Positions 12,985 to 26,363 of a DNA stretch of 64,000 nucleotides are shown here, one piece after another. The position numbers and the translations under genes are program-made. Each line of letters opens with the position of its first letter. The stretch's first letter is position 1. The stretch lies in the NCBI RefSeq assembly GCF_006345805.1, contig NC_043024.1, positions 16,120,001 to 16,184,000 of the forward strand, given 5' to 3'. The DNA is from Octopus sinensis. Taxonomy: Eukaryota. A model generated the notes under the pieces. That model saw nothing but the letters and a program-made list of their open reading frames with translations, did not search any database and had not been told where the DNA came from.

Positions 12985-13640
12985 CATGGCGTCAAGATGG
13001 CTCCAGAGCCTGGCACAAGCATTCCTCACTATGTCCCTGAGAAGATCTTCAGATACCTCCTTGATCTTGACCATCAGCTCGGCCTTAGTGTTGCAGGTAG
13101 AGTGGCTGGTCTCCTTCTCAACCACACTTCACACATAGTAATCTATGGAATTACAACTGTAGTAATCCAAAGGCAAGAAACTTGGGAGGCGAGCTGGCAG
13201 AAATGCTAGCACGCCAGGCGAAATGCTTAGCAGTATTTTGTCTGCCGCTACGTTCTGAGTTCAAATTCCGCAAAGGTCGACTTTGCCTTTCATCCTTTCA
13301 GGGTCGATTAAATAAGTACCAGTTACACACTGGGTTCGATATAATCGACTTAATCCCTTATCTATCTTTGTTTGTCCCCTCTGTGCTTAGCCCCTTGTGG
13401 GCAATAAAGAAATAAGAAACTTGGGCTAGTGAAATCATAGAAATTATTCTCCAACAAACACTTCTCACTTTTTCTAGAGGTATGGCAAGAAGCTGAATGC
13501 TGCTACCATGCATATGGCCTTTCAACAGCAACCCTCTCCAGCAGCTTCACAGAGCCATCTGAACTGAGCCTAAGGCTCTATTCAAAGATATAAGGTGGCA
13601 TGACATCACCCTCGCTGTTCCTTCCTGCTGGCCATGGCTG
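12985..13640 (-). pseudogene. Tc1/mariner transposase DDD-domain fragment split by a family B SINE
   Basis: SEGDVMPPYIFE...RPYAW*QHSASCHTSRKSEK...FYDFTSPSF | LPLDYYSCNSIDYYV*SVVEKET...CARLWSHLDAMVEAEGSYSE*. The SINE at 13187-13413 has a perfect TSD AAGAAACTTGGG (13175-13186, 13414-13425), and the frame is restored when it is removed. Confidence 0.85.
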
Positions 13641-14439
13641 TGTAGTCTAACCGCAGCTGTTCATGACATGTCTTACAGCATTGTGCAGTAGTCAAGATGT
13701 CAGCATTTTGACACCTGACACAAATCAACATGATGCAGGTAAACGCTTTTTCAATATTCAGAAGGCTTCTAGTCCTTCGTGTCAGCTAACTTTTTCTCAA
13801 CTACAACTTTAATCTTTATGCTCTCCAACACTGTTGACTGTTCACAATACATTAAGCTGTTCCAGAAAAAAAAAGGAGACATTAAAAAAATAGTCAAATT
13901 TAGCCCAAACACCCTGTGTATGTATGTGTATGTATATATATAGTTCAAATTTACAGAAAACAAAAGACCAAAACAGGTGTAGGAAATCGCCCAACCCATG
14001 TCAGCATGGAAAACAGACATTAAATGATGATGGTGATGGCACGAATCTCTAGGTTTCGGAGTCGCATACAACATACATGTATGCAAACATACACTCACTC
14101 TCTAGTTGTAGGGGTGGTTGTGTGATAAAGAAGTTTGCTTCCCAACCACAGAGTTCTGAGTTGAGTCACACAACATGGCACCTTAGGCAAGTGGCTTTTA
14201 CTTCAGCCCCAAATTGACAAAAACTTCATGAGCGAATTTGGTAAACGGAAACTGAAAGAAGCCCGACATGTGTGTGTGAGAGGGAGTTTGTGTATATTTG
14301 TCTCTTTGCCTTGACATCAAGTGGACGTTAGAACATCTTTTATTTTTTACTTGTTTCAGTCATTAGATTGTGGCCATACTGGGGCACCCCTTTGAAGAAT
14401 TTTTAGTCAAACAAATACAGGTACAATAAACACTAAAAA

Positions 14440-15215
14440 GATATAGACTCCATCAAATGCCAGGTGGGATACTTAGTAGTTGATAGCTTTCGTTATCTGG
14501 GTGACCAAGCTGGTAGTGGAGGTGGATGCTCCAAGTGTGTAGCTGCTAGAATAAGAATAGGATGGGGAAAATTCAGAGAGCCTCTACCTTTGTTGGTAAC
14601 AAAAGGCCTCATACACAAAGTGAAAGGCAGATTGTATGATGCCAGCGTGTGAACAGCCATGCTACACAACAGTGAAACATGGGCTGTGACTGCAGAGGAC
14701 ATGCGAAAGCTTGAAAGAAATGAAGCTAGCATACTCAGCTAGATGTGTGCATGTATGATAGGATGTAAGTATCTTGAGATAAAAATTGGGCATAAGAGGC
14801 ATCAGATGTAGTGCGCAAGAGAGAAGACTGCGCTGGTATGGTCATGTGCTGCATACAGACAAGGATAGCTCAAACAGTGGAAAGAACCTGTGGAAGAGGT
14901 AGCCCCAGGAAGACATGGGATGCGGTGGTGAAGTATGATCTTTGGATGTTGAGTCTCACAGAGGCAATGACAAGTGATGGAGACCTTTATCAATTTGCTG
15001 TTTGAGAAGACTCATCAAGCCAAGTGAAATCGCAATTGTGGCCAGAGTTGGGGACACGTAAGATACACCCACCACACTCTTGGAGCAGTTGGCATTAGGA
15101 AGGGCAACCAGTCAGAGAAACCAAGTCAAATCAGACTGGAACCTGGTACAGCTCTCCAACTTACAGTTCCAGTCAAACTATCTAACCCATGCCAGCATGG
15201 AAAGCAGACACTAAA
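14440..15215 (+). mobile_element. 5'-truncated RTE LINE (ORF C-terminus plus 3' UTR)
   Basis: VVDSFRYLGD...ARIRIGWGKFRE...KGRLYDASV*TAMLHNSETW...GRGSPRKTWDAVVKYDL, followed by the tail AGGAAGGGCAACCAG...CCCATGCCAGCATGGAAAG. Confidence 0.85.
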
Positions 15216-16762
15216 TAATATGAAATGACCCCAGTACTAATTTTGAGGGATTTTTTTAAAGCCTAGAACTCATGCTATCAGTCTCTTTTACCAAATTGCT
15301 AAGGGGATGTAAACATACCAACAGCAGTTGTCAAGTAGTGCTGGGAGACAAACACAAACATATACACACACACATATATATACGACGGGCTTCTTTCAGT
15401 TTCCATCTATCAAATCCACTCACAAGGCCTTTGTGGGCCCAAGGCTATAGTAGAAGACACCTGCCCAGGGTGTTATGTAGTGGGACTGAACCTGGAACCA
15501 TGTGGCTGGGAAGCAAACTTCTTATCACACAGCCACGCCTATATACGCTCTTTTTGCCAATTTTTCCGAAAAATTTTCTCTGATTATTGTTTAATCTAAG
15601 CCCTGATCGAACAAATCTATGACCAAAGGCGTTTACATTGTGACTATCCCCTCTATTAATATATCCAGAGGTGGTGTCTGATATGTCCTTTAAAAAAAAG
15701 TAGAATTTGAAGGAGACTTAACTGCTATTTCTGGAAGTCCAAGTGAACATATAGACGCTACTCGGTTTTGTTTAGTTCTAGGGTAGCTATAATTATAGAG
15801 GAGTTCCACCTGCGACCACGCCCTCAATTTGTATCTCTAGGATTACATTGTCCATCGTGACTATTCCTTTTTTTTTTTATTTAGAAAAGTTTTAAAGAGA
15901 AAGATAGACAATAGAGAGTAAAATGAGGGGAATCAGTTGTTATTTCCAGCTAGACCACCTACGTGTTTATTGTGCTATGAGAGACACCGACTTATAATTC
16001 GAGAGCTTACCGTGTCGGTGCTTGAAGATCAAATTTGATAAATTAATCCAAACATATGTCAACAATACATCTTCACATAGAGAATAATTAACTGTTTAGA
16101 AAGACAAAACACCCACAAAAGACGGACAAGATGCATTATTATTCACGCGCGCATGTATATATACATACATATATATAGATCGGGCAGTAGTCCAGAGTTG
16201 GCTATTTAGCTAAATGCAATAGTAGACATGAAACCGATGGTAACTTTCTGTCCGGCCATAACCAACATATACCACTCCAGTACATTATATATATATATAT
16301 ATATATATATACATACATACACACACACCCGTATACAAAGGTCATGGGCATTGCTTCTTCCTCCAGAACATACATAAACACACAGCTGTATGTATTCATA
16401 CACACACATGTATATAGCCCTACATGTATATATTTAATATAATTATACACGTATCAATACGTATGTGTATGGCATATGCGTTCATATATATATATATATA
16501 TATGCACATGTAGATTTGTTTCATAAAGCCATAAACACACCAGTATACAGAAATATTGATATCTACCTATCTATATATATGTAAAACAATTAAGATTCAA
16601 GTGAGTTCCAAAGAATTCACATGAATGCAGTACTTAACTTAGATGCACCAGAAATCTTTATGGTATTAACCATAAAATAATGTGGGGTGATTATAAACAA
16701 GAAAAAAGCAACAACTAATCCATTCTTGTTGCTTTTTTCTTATCTATATATATGTATATATA

Positions 16763-16898
16763 TTTATTTTATAGAAGGAGCTTCTACAGGACTAGAACTG
16801 TTTCATTCTAGTCCTGTAGAAGCTCCTTCTATAAAATAAATCTGCTATGTATTGAGTACCTTATTTACTGTGGTTAACCCCGACTCAACCCGGGACCT
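16763..16898 (+). mobile_element. Miniature Penelope-like insertion (inverted terminal segment plus tail) in a (TA)n tract
   Basis: Perfect 35-bp inverted repeat 16763-16797/16806-16840, then TCTGCTATGTATTGAGTACC...CCCGGGACCT, the same tail as at 60818-60875. Confidence 0.8.
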
Positions 16899-17514
16899 AC
16901 ATATATGTATATATATATATATATATAGTCATATACATAGCAGTGTGTACGTTGTATGACTGTGTGTGTATATATATATGCAGACATATACAGTAAATCC
17001 ACGTGTCTGTGTATGTATGTATTTATGTATATATATATATATATATATATGCACACAAACACAGACATCTGTGTGTTTGCTAACACACAGACATCTGTGT
17101 GTTTGCTGCTGCAAACATCATCACAGCTGAAATCAAAGAAAAACACAAAACTGGACTAAAAAGTACATTAACGAAATCCACATTTAAAGAATAATTATTA
17201 CAGCAAATATTGGCATTAACTAAGTTTCACTGTCCCTCGATATAAATGATATCATTCTCATTGTAATTGTAATTAGTGAAATAAAATGTCCCAAAGAGTT
17301 TGACTCACCTCAAATTGTTGATAATTGTTTAATTAACAAGTTGGAGAGATGAGTGTGAGCATGCGCCGATCGTTACTTCCTTCTTCCGATTGAAAACGTG
17401 GAGTGACGGAAGTGGGAGGGGGAGAGAGAGAGAGAGCGATAGGAAGTGGTTAGAGAGGGAGAGAGAAAAGGAGAAGGAGGTAGTTGGCGAGAAGATATTG
17501 GGACGACAGAGAGA

Positions 17515-18165
17515 ATAAGGGAGAGGGTAACAGAAACAAAAGAAAGACAGAGAGGGAGAGGATAAGAAAGACAAACAGAGAGGGAGATGGTAAGAGAAAC
17601 AGAAGAAAGACAGACAGAGAGGGAGAGGGTAAGAGAAACAGAAGAAAGACAAACAGAGAGGGAGATGGTAAGAGAAACAGAAGAAAGACAGACAGAGAGG
17701 GAGATGGTAAGAGAAACAGAAGAAAGACAAACAGAGAGGGAGATGGTAAGAGAAACAGAAGAAAGACAGACAGAGAGAGAGATGGTAAGAGAAACAGAAG
17801 AAAGACAGACAGAGAGGGAGAGGGTAGGAGAAACAGAAGAAAGACAGATAAGAGCGAGAGGGTAGGAGAAACAGAAGAAAGACAGACAGAGAGAGAGATG
17901 GTAAGAGAAACAGAAGAAGACAGACAGAGAGGGAGATGGTAAGAGAAACAGAAGAAAGACAAACAGAGAGGGAGATGGTAAGAGAAACAGAAGAAAGACA
18001 GACAGAGAGAGAGATGGTAAGAGAAACAGAAGAAAGACAGACAGAGAGGGAGAGGGTAGGAGAAACAGAAGAAAGACAGATAAGAGCGAGAGGGTAGGAG
18101 AAACAGAAGAAAGACAGATAAGAGCGAGAGGGTAGGAGAAACAGAAGAAAGACAGACAGAGAGGG
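17515..18165 (+). repeat. 39-bp purine-rich minisatellite (about 16 units)
   Basis: Unit GAGAGGGAGATGGTAAGAGAAACAGAAGAAAGACAGACA; produces the 13-aa periodic ORFs in the track. Confidence 0.95.
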
Positions 18166-19479
18166 GAGGAGAAGGCAGTGATTAAAAGAGAGGAAAGTGC
18201 TTTGTGAAGAAAAGTACCTCTGCCCCAGAAACGAGGAGGAGGAGGAGGAATGAGATTGATAGAAAGTAGGAGAAAAGTGCGTCATGGAATAAGTAAGGAG
18301 AATCTTGGTTGAAAGAATAGATGACAAGACTCCCTTTCATTTAATAAACATTTTCTGATTAAGTCGACACCCTTTAAGTAAAATATGTTTGTAAAATAAC
18401 GAATTACTTTGGATTCCATTATTTGACTGGTGGTTCGTATTCAATCCAACCAGCGAGACACTATCTAGTTTCTCGACCTGCTAGAAATGGTGACTAAATC
18501 TTACATGCTAGCAATAGTGCTCCCAGTTAAATACACTTACAATGTAAGTTCCCAGTTAAATACACTTGACAACGTATTTAAAATGGTCCCTCTAGTAAGC
18601 TCCCTCTACACAGTTCCCGTCTACCAAACTTCACCCATAAACCCTTAGATGACCTCCTTATTCTATGGTAGAAGTTACCTGATGTACAAAGGATGGGATT
18701 AAACCTTGGAGAGAAATGGTAGACTTAAAGATGCTTTTTTTTTTCAACAACGTGAGGTGTTGGTGAGTAATCCTTGGCGTTTTGTGAGGTCTGGCTACAA
18801 ATGTGACTGCATTTGGTGTTGTTTAGCCACTGGTCAATTCTGATCAAGAAAGCTCTCAATCTGAGCTCACATTCCTACCATAACCAGTTCATATTTTTAT
18901 TTATGGATCTTTGGCATCCATATACTCTCTTTTACTTGTTTCAGTCATTTGACTGCGGCCATGCTGGAGCACCACCTTTAGTCGAGCAAATCGACTCCAA
19001 GACTTATTCTTTGTAAGCCTAGTACTTATTCTATTGTTCTCTTTTGCCGAACCGCTAAGTTATGGGGACGTAAACACACCAGCGCAAACACACACACACA
19101 CACATACATATACATATATACGACGGGCTTCTTTCGGTTTCCTTCTGCCAAATCCACTCACAAGACGTTGGTCAGCCCAAGGCTATAGTAGAAGACACTT
19201 GCCCAAGGTGCCATGCAGTGGGACTGAACCCGGAACCATGTGGTTGGTAAGCAAGCTACTTACCATACAGCCACTCCTGCGCCTATGTATTGTGAAATAA
19301 TGGATCAAAACTTGAAAAGTCTTATTTCAATTTGTGTCTGGAGAATATAGAGAAGCAACATCGGAATACTGTCTCCAGGACATGGGGTTGGTCAAGTTGT
19401 ATGGATATACATATGTATATATGTACACACACACACATATATATATACACACATATGCATATATATATATATTATATGC

Positions 19480-19522
<43 letters not shown>

Positions 19523-19527
19523 AGTAC

Positions 19528-19558
<31 letters not shown>

Positions 19559-19567
19559 AGTACATAT

Positions 19568-19612
<45 letters not shown>

Positions 19613-20624
19613 TATATATACATACATACATATATATGTATGTTTGTGTGCCTGTGTTTGTCTCCCCAACGTCGCTTGACAACTGATGCTGGTGTGTTTA
19701 CATCCCCGTAACTTAGCGGTTCAGCAAAAAAGACCAATAGAATAAGTACTAGGCTTACAAAGAATAAGTCCTGGGGTCAGTTTGTTCGACTAAAGGCAGT
19801 GCTCCAGCATGGCCACAGTCAAATGACTGAAAACAAGTAAAAGAATAATGTTCATGAAATTCAATTAGTGGTTTCCTACTTTTGCAGTAATCAAATTTCA
19901 ACAGGTGTTAACTGACAGTTGAGTCAAGTGTTTGGTCAAGCATTCAACTCAACTGTCAGTAAAATAAACTTAGAAATCTCATGATTACTGCACACTTCAA
20001 CATTGTAAAAAAATTTTTTTTTAATACAATAATAAAAAAACAGGAAAACTAGACCATGTAACTTTATTCAACTGATACACATTTCCACAATACACATTTC
20101 CACAAATTCAGAACATATATATATATATATATATATCATCGTTTAACGTCCGCTTTCCATGCTAGCATGGGTTGGACGGTTCAACTGGGGTCTGGCAAGC
20201 CCGAAGGCTGCACCAGGCCAGTCAGATCTGGCAGTGTTTCTACAGCTGGATGCCCTTCCTAACGCCAACCACTCCGAGAGTGTAGTGGGTGATTTTATGT
20301 GCCACCGACACAGGTGCCAGACGAGGCTGGCAGACGGTATATATTATATATATATATATATATATTGCAAATAAGAAAATGGAGGAGCACACTAGTTGGT
20401 TCATCAACTTTAGGACATTAAAATGTTGACTTATTTATTCATCAAAACAATGACCATAATAACATACATACATATAGTATATTATTCAATGCATATAATA
20501 TAAGAATACAAGCAGTAATTAAAAAACATGAATATAAATTATTAAAATCACTTACAGCTGTTTCAGCCTATAGATAATAGTAACTCATTGTGCCTATATT
20601 AGTCAAGTGTATTGAGATGATAGG

Positions 20625-20678
<54 letters not shown>

Positions 20679-23069
20679 ATGGTAAGACAACAAAAGAATG
20701 AAAGAGACCTCAATATTATGTAAATAGAGGAATTTATCTGTAAATGTAATATGTGACAATTATTCGGTAGCGGTTTATTTTTAGCACTGCCTTTAGTCGA
20801 GTAAATCGACCCCAGGACTTATTCTTTGTAAGCCTAGTACTTATTCTATCGGTCTCTTTTGCCTAACCGCTAAGTTACAGGGATGTAAACACACCAGCAT
20901 CAGTTGTCAAGTGATGTTGGGGGGACAAACACAGACACACAAACATACATATATATGCATATATACGATGGGCTTCTTTCAGTTTCCGTCTACCGAATCC
21001 ACTCACAAGGTTTTGGTCGGCCCAAGGCTATAGCAGAAGACCCTTGCCCAAGGTGCCACGCAGTATGATTGAACCCAGAACCATGTGGTTTGTAAACAAG
21101 CTACTTGCCACACAGCCACTCCTGCGCCTGTATGATAAAAGATATAAAATGAACATAAGTATTTCTCTGCTGAAATTTAGCAGCTTAGGTGTTGTTTGAA
21201 ATCAGATCAGATCTAATTAGATAGATTTATAGACATTCCAGCTGTGACCATCTTGTCATTTTTTTTTTCCAGATGAAGTGTTTAAAGAACATTATTCATT
21301 ATCTCCTTTATTAAAGATAGTAGGATGTGATTTGAGGGAGACTTAGTTGCTACTTCTTGCAGGATGGTCAAGCAGATGCTCTTTCATTGACTTGTGCCTG
21401 ACTCATTTGTTTTGTTGTGTAATTCCATAGGAATGACTGACCAGTCCTATCCAAATGCTTTTCCAGTCCTATGGTATATTGACATGCTATAAATGATAGT
21501 CAAACATTCTTCAACTATTACACTACAATATTAAAAATAAACACTTGAATGTATTCGTCCTCAAATTACACCCTATTTTTATATGTATGCCTGCACACAT
21601 GTATGAGCTGACATAGGAGCTTCTACATGCCATTGCAACCTGGTAGAGATAATTGGTAGAATGTTAATAATCAGAACTGATAACCTGCATTCCCAAATGG
21701 ATCACTTGAAGACTGTGGACATCTTTTCCACATGAAATCATCGATTACCTTTTTAATCCACAAATAACAGATATTTAGCCACCAAATGCAGTGTTGAGAA
21801 CTCATTTTCACTGTCTGATACTATTATATATGTGTGTGTGTGTGTGTTCATGTATATACAAGCCAGTAAGTAAGACATATAAATGGGTGCTATATGTGAT
21901 AGAAAAAACAGCCAAATCTTCCTCTAACCACTTTTCAGTCACACAATGCAGCACCGACCTGGACGTTTCAATCATTTCCTGAAAATTTTATGGCTACAGT
22001 TGTTTCATTTTTCCAGACTGTTTCTGAATCCAAATGCTTTTCCATTTGAATTTAAAATATTTTGATTTTCTTTTCTGACTCAGCTTTCCATGAACATAAA
22101 TCTCAGGGACAATCACTGAACATTTTAAAATTGAAATTTGTGGATATTGTCTTTTTAATGGTTAGGTTTATGTTAAGACATTAAAAGACCCTGGTAGACT
22201 CTTCAGCCCAGCATCACAAGTCCAAACCCAAAATATTCATCCCAAGGGTTTATATATTTGTATTATATATATATGTATGTTTGTATATATATATATATAT
22301 ATTTATCTTATATTAAACTTTTAATACTTTTTGATAGTTATATTTTTAAAAAAAGTTAATAAATAAATAAATTAGATAATAATAAAATATATATATATAT
22401 ATATTTATATAATTAAAAATTTAAAGGTATAAATTATTAATTTAAATAATTTTTTTAAATTTTAACTTTAATTTAAATATTTTAAATTTTGATTTTTATA
22501 TTTTATATTAATTAATTTTATTTCTATGTATTGGTTTATGATTTTCACTGTTTGATTTGCCTAATAGTGGTTTTATCTTTAATTTAATATAATGTATATG
22601 ATATGTGACTGAGAAGACCTGGCAAATAAAGTGAGTCCACAGCTGTAACTTACACCAGTGTCGCATAACCAGCCCACTCAAAAGTACCTTGGATCGTAGG
22701 GTGACATGCTATGCTTGAGGAGACCTATTGAATCAAGTACATCAACATCAGCAATATCAAAATCAAATCAAATGGAAATTGTAGTTGTGAGTCCCATGCC
22801 GGTAGCAGGTAAAAAGCACCATCCAAATGTGGCCAATGCCAGTACAGCTTTTACTGGCTTCTGTGCCAGTAGCATGTAAAAAGCACTCACAATACTCTCA
22901 GAATGGTTGGTGTTAGGAAGGGCATCCAGCTGTAGAAACACTGCCTGATCAAACAGAGGCCTGGTGCAGCCTCCTAGCTTCCCAGACCCCAGTCGAACCG
23001 TCCAATCCATGCCAGGATGGAAAACGGATGTTAAACGATGATGATGATGATGATACATTCATACATATG

Positions 23070-23143
<74 letters not shown>

Positions 23144-23181
23144 TACATACATACATATATACATATGTGTTTGTGTTTACA

Positions 23182-23510
23182 TACAAGGTGGTATCAGAAG
23201 TTTCCTTGACTAGTTATGTTTAATAAAAAAAATAACTTATTTACCTAAATTCTGACATCATCTCCTTTGAAATAGTCACCTTGTACAGCAATGCACTGGT
23301 TCCAGCATTTCTGCCTCTTTTGGAATGGGAGCTGAAAGTTGTTTTCCGAAAGCAAGTCAAGGACCTCTGTGATTTACTTTGGACCTTGACAACAGTGTTA
23401 AATAATGACCTTTGAGCTGGATTTTCATCTTGGGGAAGAGGTGGAAGTCTGCAGGAACTAAATATGGCAAATGGGGTGGATGCAGAAGTGATACCATGTT
23501 ATTTTTGGCA
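23182..23510 (-). pseudogene. mariner transposase C-terminus with 3' TIR
   Basis: MVSLLHPPHLPYLVPADFHLFPKMKIQLKGH (HPPYSPDLAP-like), plus the TIR-like TACAAGGTGGTATCAGAAGTTTCC at 23182. Confidence 0.7.
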
Positions 23511-23656
23511 AGAAAATCATGAGTGAGGAGAGCTTAGTGACGGTGTGCATTCATAATTCCCTTTGCATCAATTAACTTCATAATATTTCTTTGCAATTAA
23601 ATGTTTACCTCATCTAATTTAATGAAAATATCATAAGAATATGCAACATCAACTCT

Positions 23657-24130
23657 TTAATTGCTTAGTTCATTGTACATGTCCTCATCACATGAATTAA
23701 GAAATTCTAAACCAGTGCAACTGAGATCATAAAAACGCTTTAAACAAATTCTATTCACAAGCGATCGTATCCCAGTATGAAGCAGCAGGCATTTAAAATT
23801 TACTTCTTTGTTATGGCAAAGCTTCCAAAAGATATTGTCATTCAGTGAATAGGTCTCGATTTTATTTACTGCTCTAATCACCTCATTCAACATGTTATGT
23901 AGCCCAGTGCTAAGACGTTTTGCAGCCAAGTGTTCTTGATGAATAATGCAGTAAACTGCAAATATATATAGAACTGCTTCCTTTAAATGTGCTATGAATT
24001 CACAATAATGGCCTATCACAGCTGGTGCAACAGATGTTGCACACACAATATTTTTGAGAAGAATATTCTTAGCACTAAAAAGATTTTTAACAACCTTAAA
24101 AATTGTAGAAACTTTTGTGTCAAGAACCAT
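23657..24130 (-). pseudogene. hAT (Charlie/Buster-like) transposase fragment
   Basis: CIIHQEHLAAK...LNEVIRAVNKI...LLHTGIRSL...LKRFYDL corresponds to the hAT CxxH motif and a degenerate HTEVRWL. Confidence 0.8.
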
Positions 24131-24261
24131 CTTTCAGCAAATAGAGACTCTTCAAAAATTTCCTAATTTGAATTTACGTAACGGACAAAGTCCATTCATA
24201 AAAATTCATTGTCGTCTAAAGTTGAGTCATCAAGTTGCAAAGAAAATTCTTTGTTTTTTAA

Positions 24262-24817
24262 CCCTTTAGAATTCAGATTTCTCTGTCAAATGTCTGAGTC
24301 CGAGACCCCCCTTTGGTCACGACACTGACCATGGGACTGCACCTAGAAAGTTACCCTCCCAGGCATAAGTCCAGGCAAGGTTGTTTATGGAAGACCAGCA
24401 GTCGCCCATGCATACCGGATTTCCCTCTCCACGCCACTGATCTTATCCAAGGGAAAGGCAAAGGGGCCGATACAGCTTAGCACCTGTGACATTGTAACTC
24501 ATTTCTACAGCTGAGTGAACTGGAGCAATGTGAAATAAAGTGTCTTGCTCAAGAACACAACACACAGCCCAGTCCAGGATTCGAGCTCAAAACCTCACGA
24601 TCGTAAGTTCAACGCTCTAATGTCAAATGTAATGCTTATTTATTCACAGTGTCTTGAATTAATTCTGCATTATCTCGTAACTTTGATATTTTGATGAAGT
24701 GACTGTTTATTTTTAGAACGACATTGTAGGGTAGGTCAGAGAGGTTGGATTAGGTCAGTTTTGACATACAACTGGTAGAATATTTGGACCGGATATGGCC
24801 AGTAAAATGCTAAAGGG
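24262..24817. mobile_element. piggyBac-type MITE with nested family C SINE
   Basis: TTAA|CCCTTTAG ... TAAAGGG|TTAA. The nested SINE is flanked by TGTCAAATGT (24284-24293, 24621-24630). A second, more degenerate copy is at about 47588-47813. Confidence 0.8.
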
Positions 24818-26363
24818 TTAAGCATCACACTTTACATTCCACATCTTTTGCCATTTTATCTATTCTTGCTGCCACTTGTACTATTACATAGGCATAGGAG
24901 TGGCTGTGAGGTAAGCAGCTTGCTTCCCAACCACATGGTTCCAGGCATGTACCTGGCACCTTGGGCAAGAATCTTCTACTATTTTTCCTATGGCACAGGA
25001 GTGGCTGTGTGGTAAGTAGTTTGCTTACCAATCATATAGTTCCGAGTTCAATCCCACTGCATGGCACCTTGGGCAAATGTCTTCTACTATAGCCTTGTGA
25101 GTGGATTTGGTAGAAGGAAACTGAAAGAAGCCTGTCAGTGTGTGTGTATACATTTGTGTGTCTGTGCTTATCCCTCCGACATCGCTTGACAACCGATGCT
25201 GGTGTGTTTACATCCCCGTAACTTAGCGGTTCGGCAAAAGATATTGATAGAATAAGTACTAGGCTTACAAAGAATAAGTCCTGGGGTCGATTTGCTCGAC
25301 TAAAGGCTGTGCTCCAGCATGGCCACAGTCAAATGACTGAAACAAGTAAAAGAGTAAAAGAATATTACTGAGAGGAATTGACACAGCTATAGCACTTTTA
25401 CCTGGACAAATCACAGCATCCAAAACTTGCATTTATATCTGGTAACTCTTTTAATTGTTTTAGTCATTTGACTGTGGCCATGCTGGAGCACCGCCTTTAG
25501 TCAAGCAAATCGGCCCTAGGACTTATTCTTTGTAAGCCTAGTACTTATTTTATCGTTCTCTTTTGCCGAACCGCTAAGTTATGGGGACGTAAACACATCA
25601 GCATCGGTTGTCAAGCAATGTTGGGGGGGGGGGACAAACACAGACACACAAACATACACACACACACGCATATCTACATCTATATATATATATACATATA
25701 TATGATGGCTTCTTTCAGTTTCCGTCTACCAAATCCACTCACAAGGCTTTGGTTGGCCTGAGGCTATAGTAGGAGACACTTGACGATGCAGTGGGACTGA
25801 ACCCGGAACCATGTGGTTCGTAAGCAAGCTACTTACCACACAGCCACTCCTATGCCTATAAATGAGGTAAGAGAAGAGTTTCAACAATAGTATGTGGTTT
25901 TCCTCTCTCTCTATCCGCTCTTGGTTACTCAATGGATTGGTGTCTCCAGTCAATTCTATCCTGGGTCGCTTCTTTCAGATTGGCTATGGCCATTCTTGTG
26001 TCACTCTTGATGATTTTCTACATTTCACAATTAAATTTTGAGAGTTTATAAGACATAACCAACCCTTTCTCAATTTGTTTCGTTTGTTTGGTAAAATCAG
26101 CCCTTTAAGATGGTTTTAAAAATAATTTTTCATTTGAAGTAGTCTTCACCTTTTCCTCCTTTCCCTGGATTCATTTTTTGTTAATGTTCAATCATTGTTG
26201 AAGGCTTCAGTGCTTCATTTGAGAAGATTTTTTTCACATATTAAACACAGCAGCAACTGCTCATTATTTAAAGAAGGAATAAATCCATATTTCAAATATT
26301 CACTCAAGCATTGATGACACTTTCTTTTCCCACTCACGCTAAATTTTGAAAAGAATAACTTAC

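Noticed and set aside
17329-18327. 332-aa ORF and overlapping periodic ORFs
   Set aside because: Result of the 39-bp minisatellite lacking stops; no domain or splice context.
22260-22530. Mitochondrial control-region insertion (NUMT)
   Set aside because: Only AT-richness supports it; no mitochondrial tRNA or gene sequence is adjacent.
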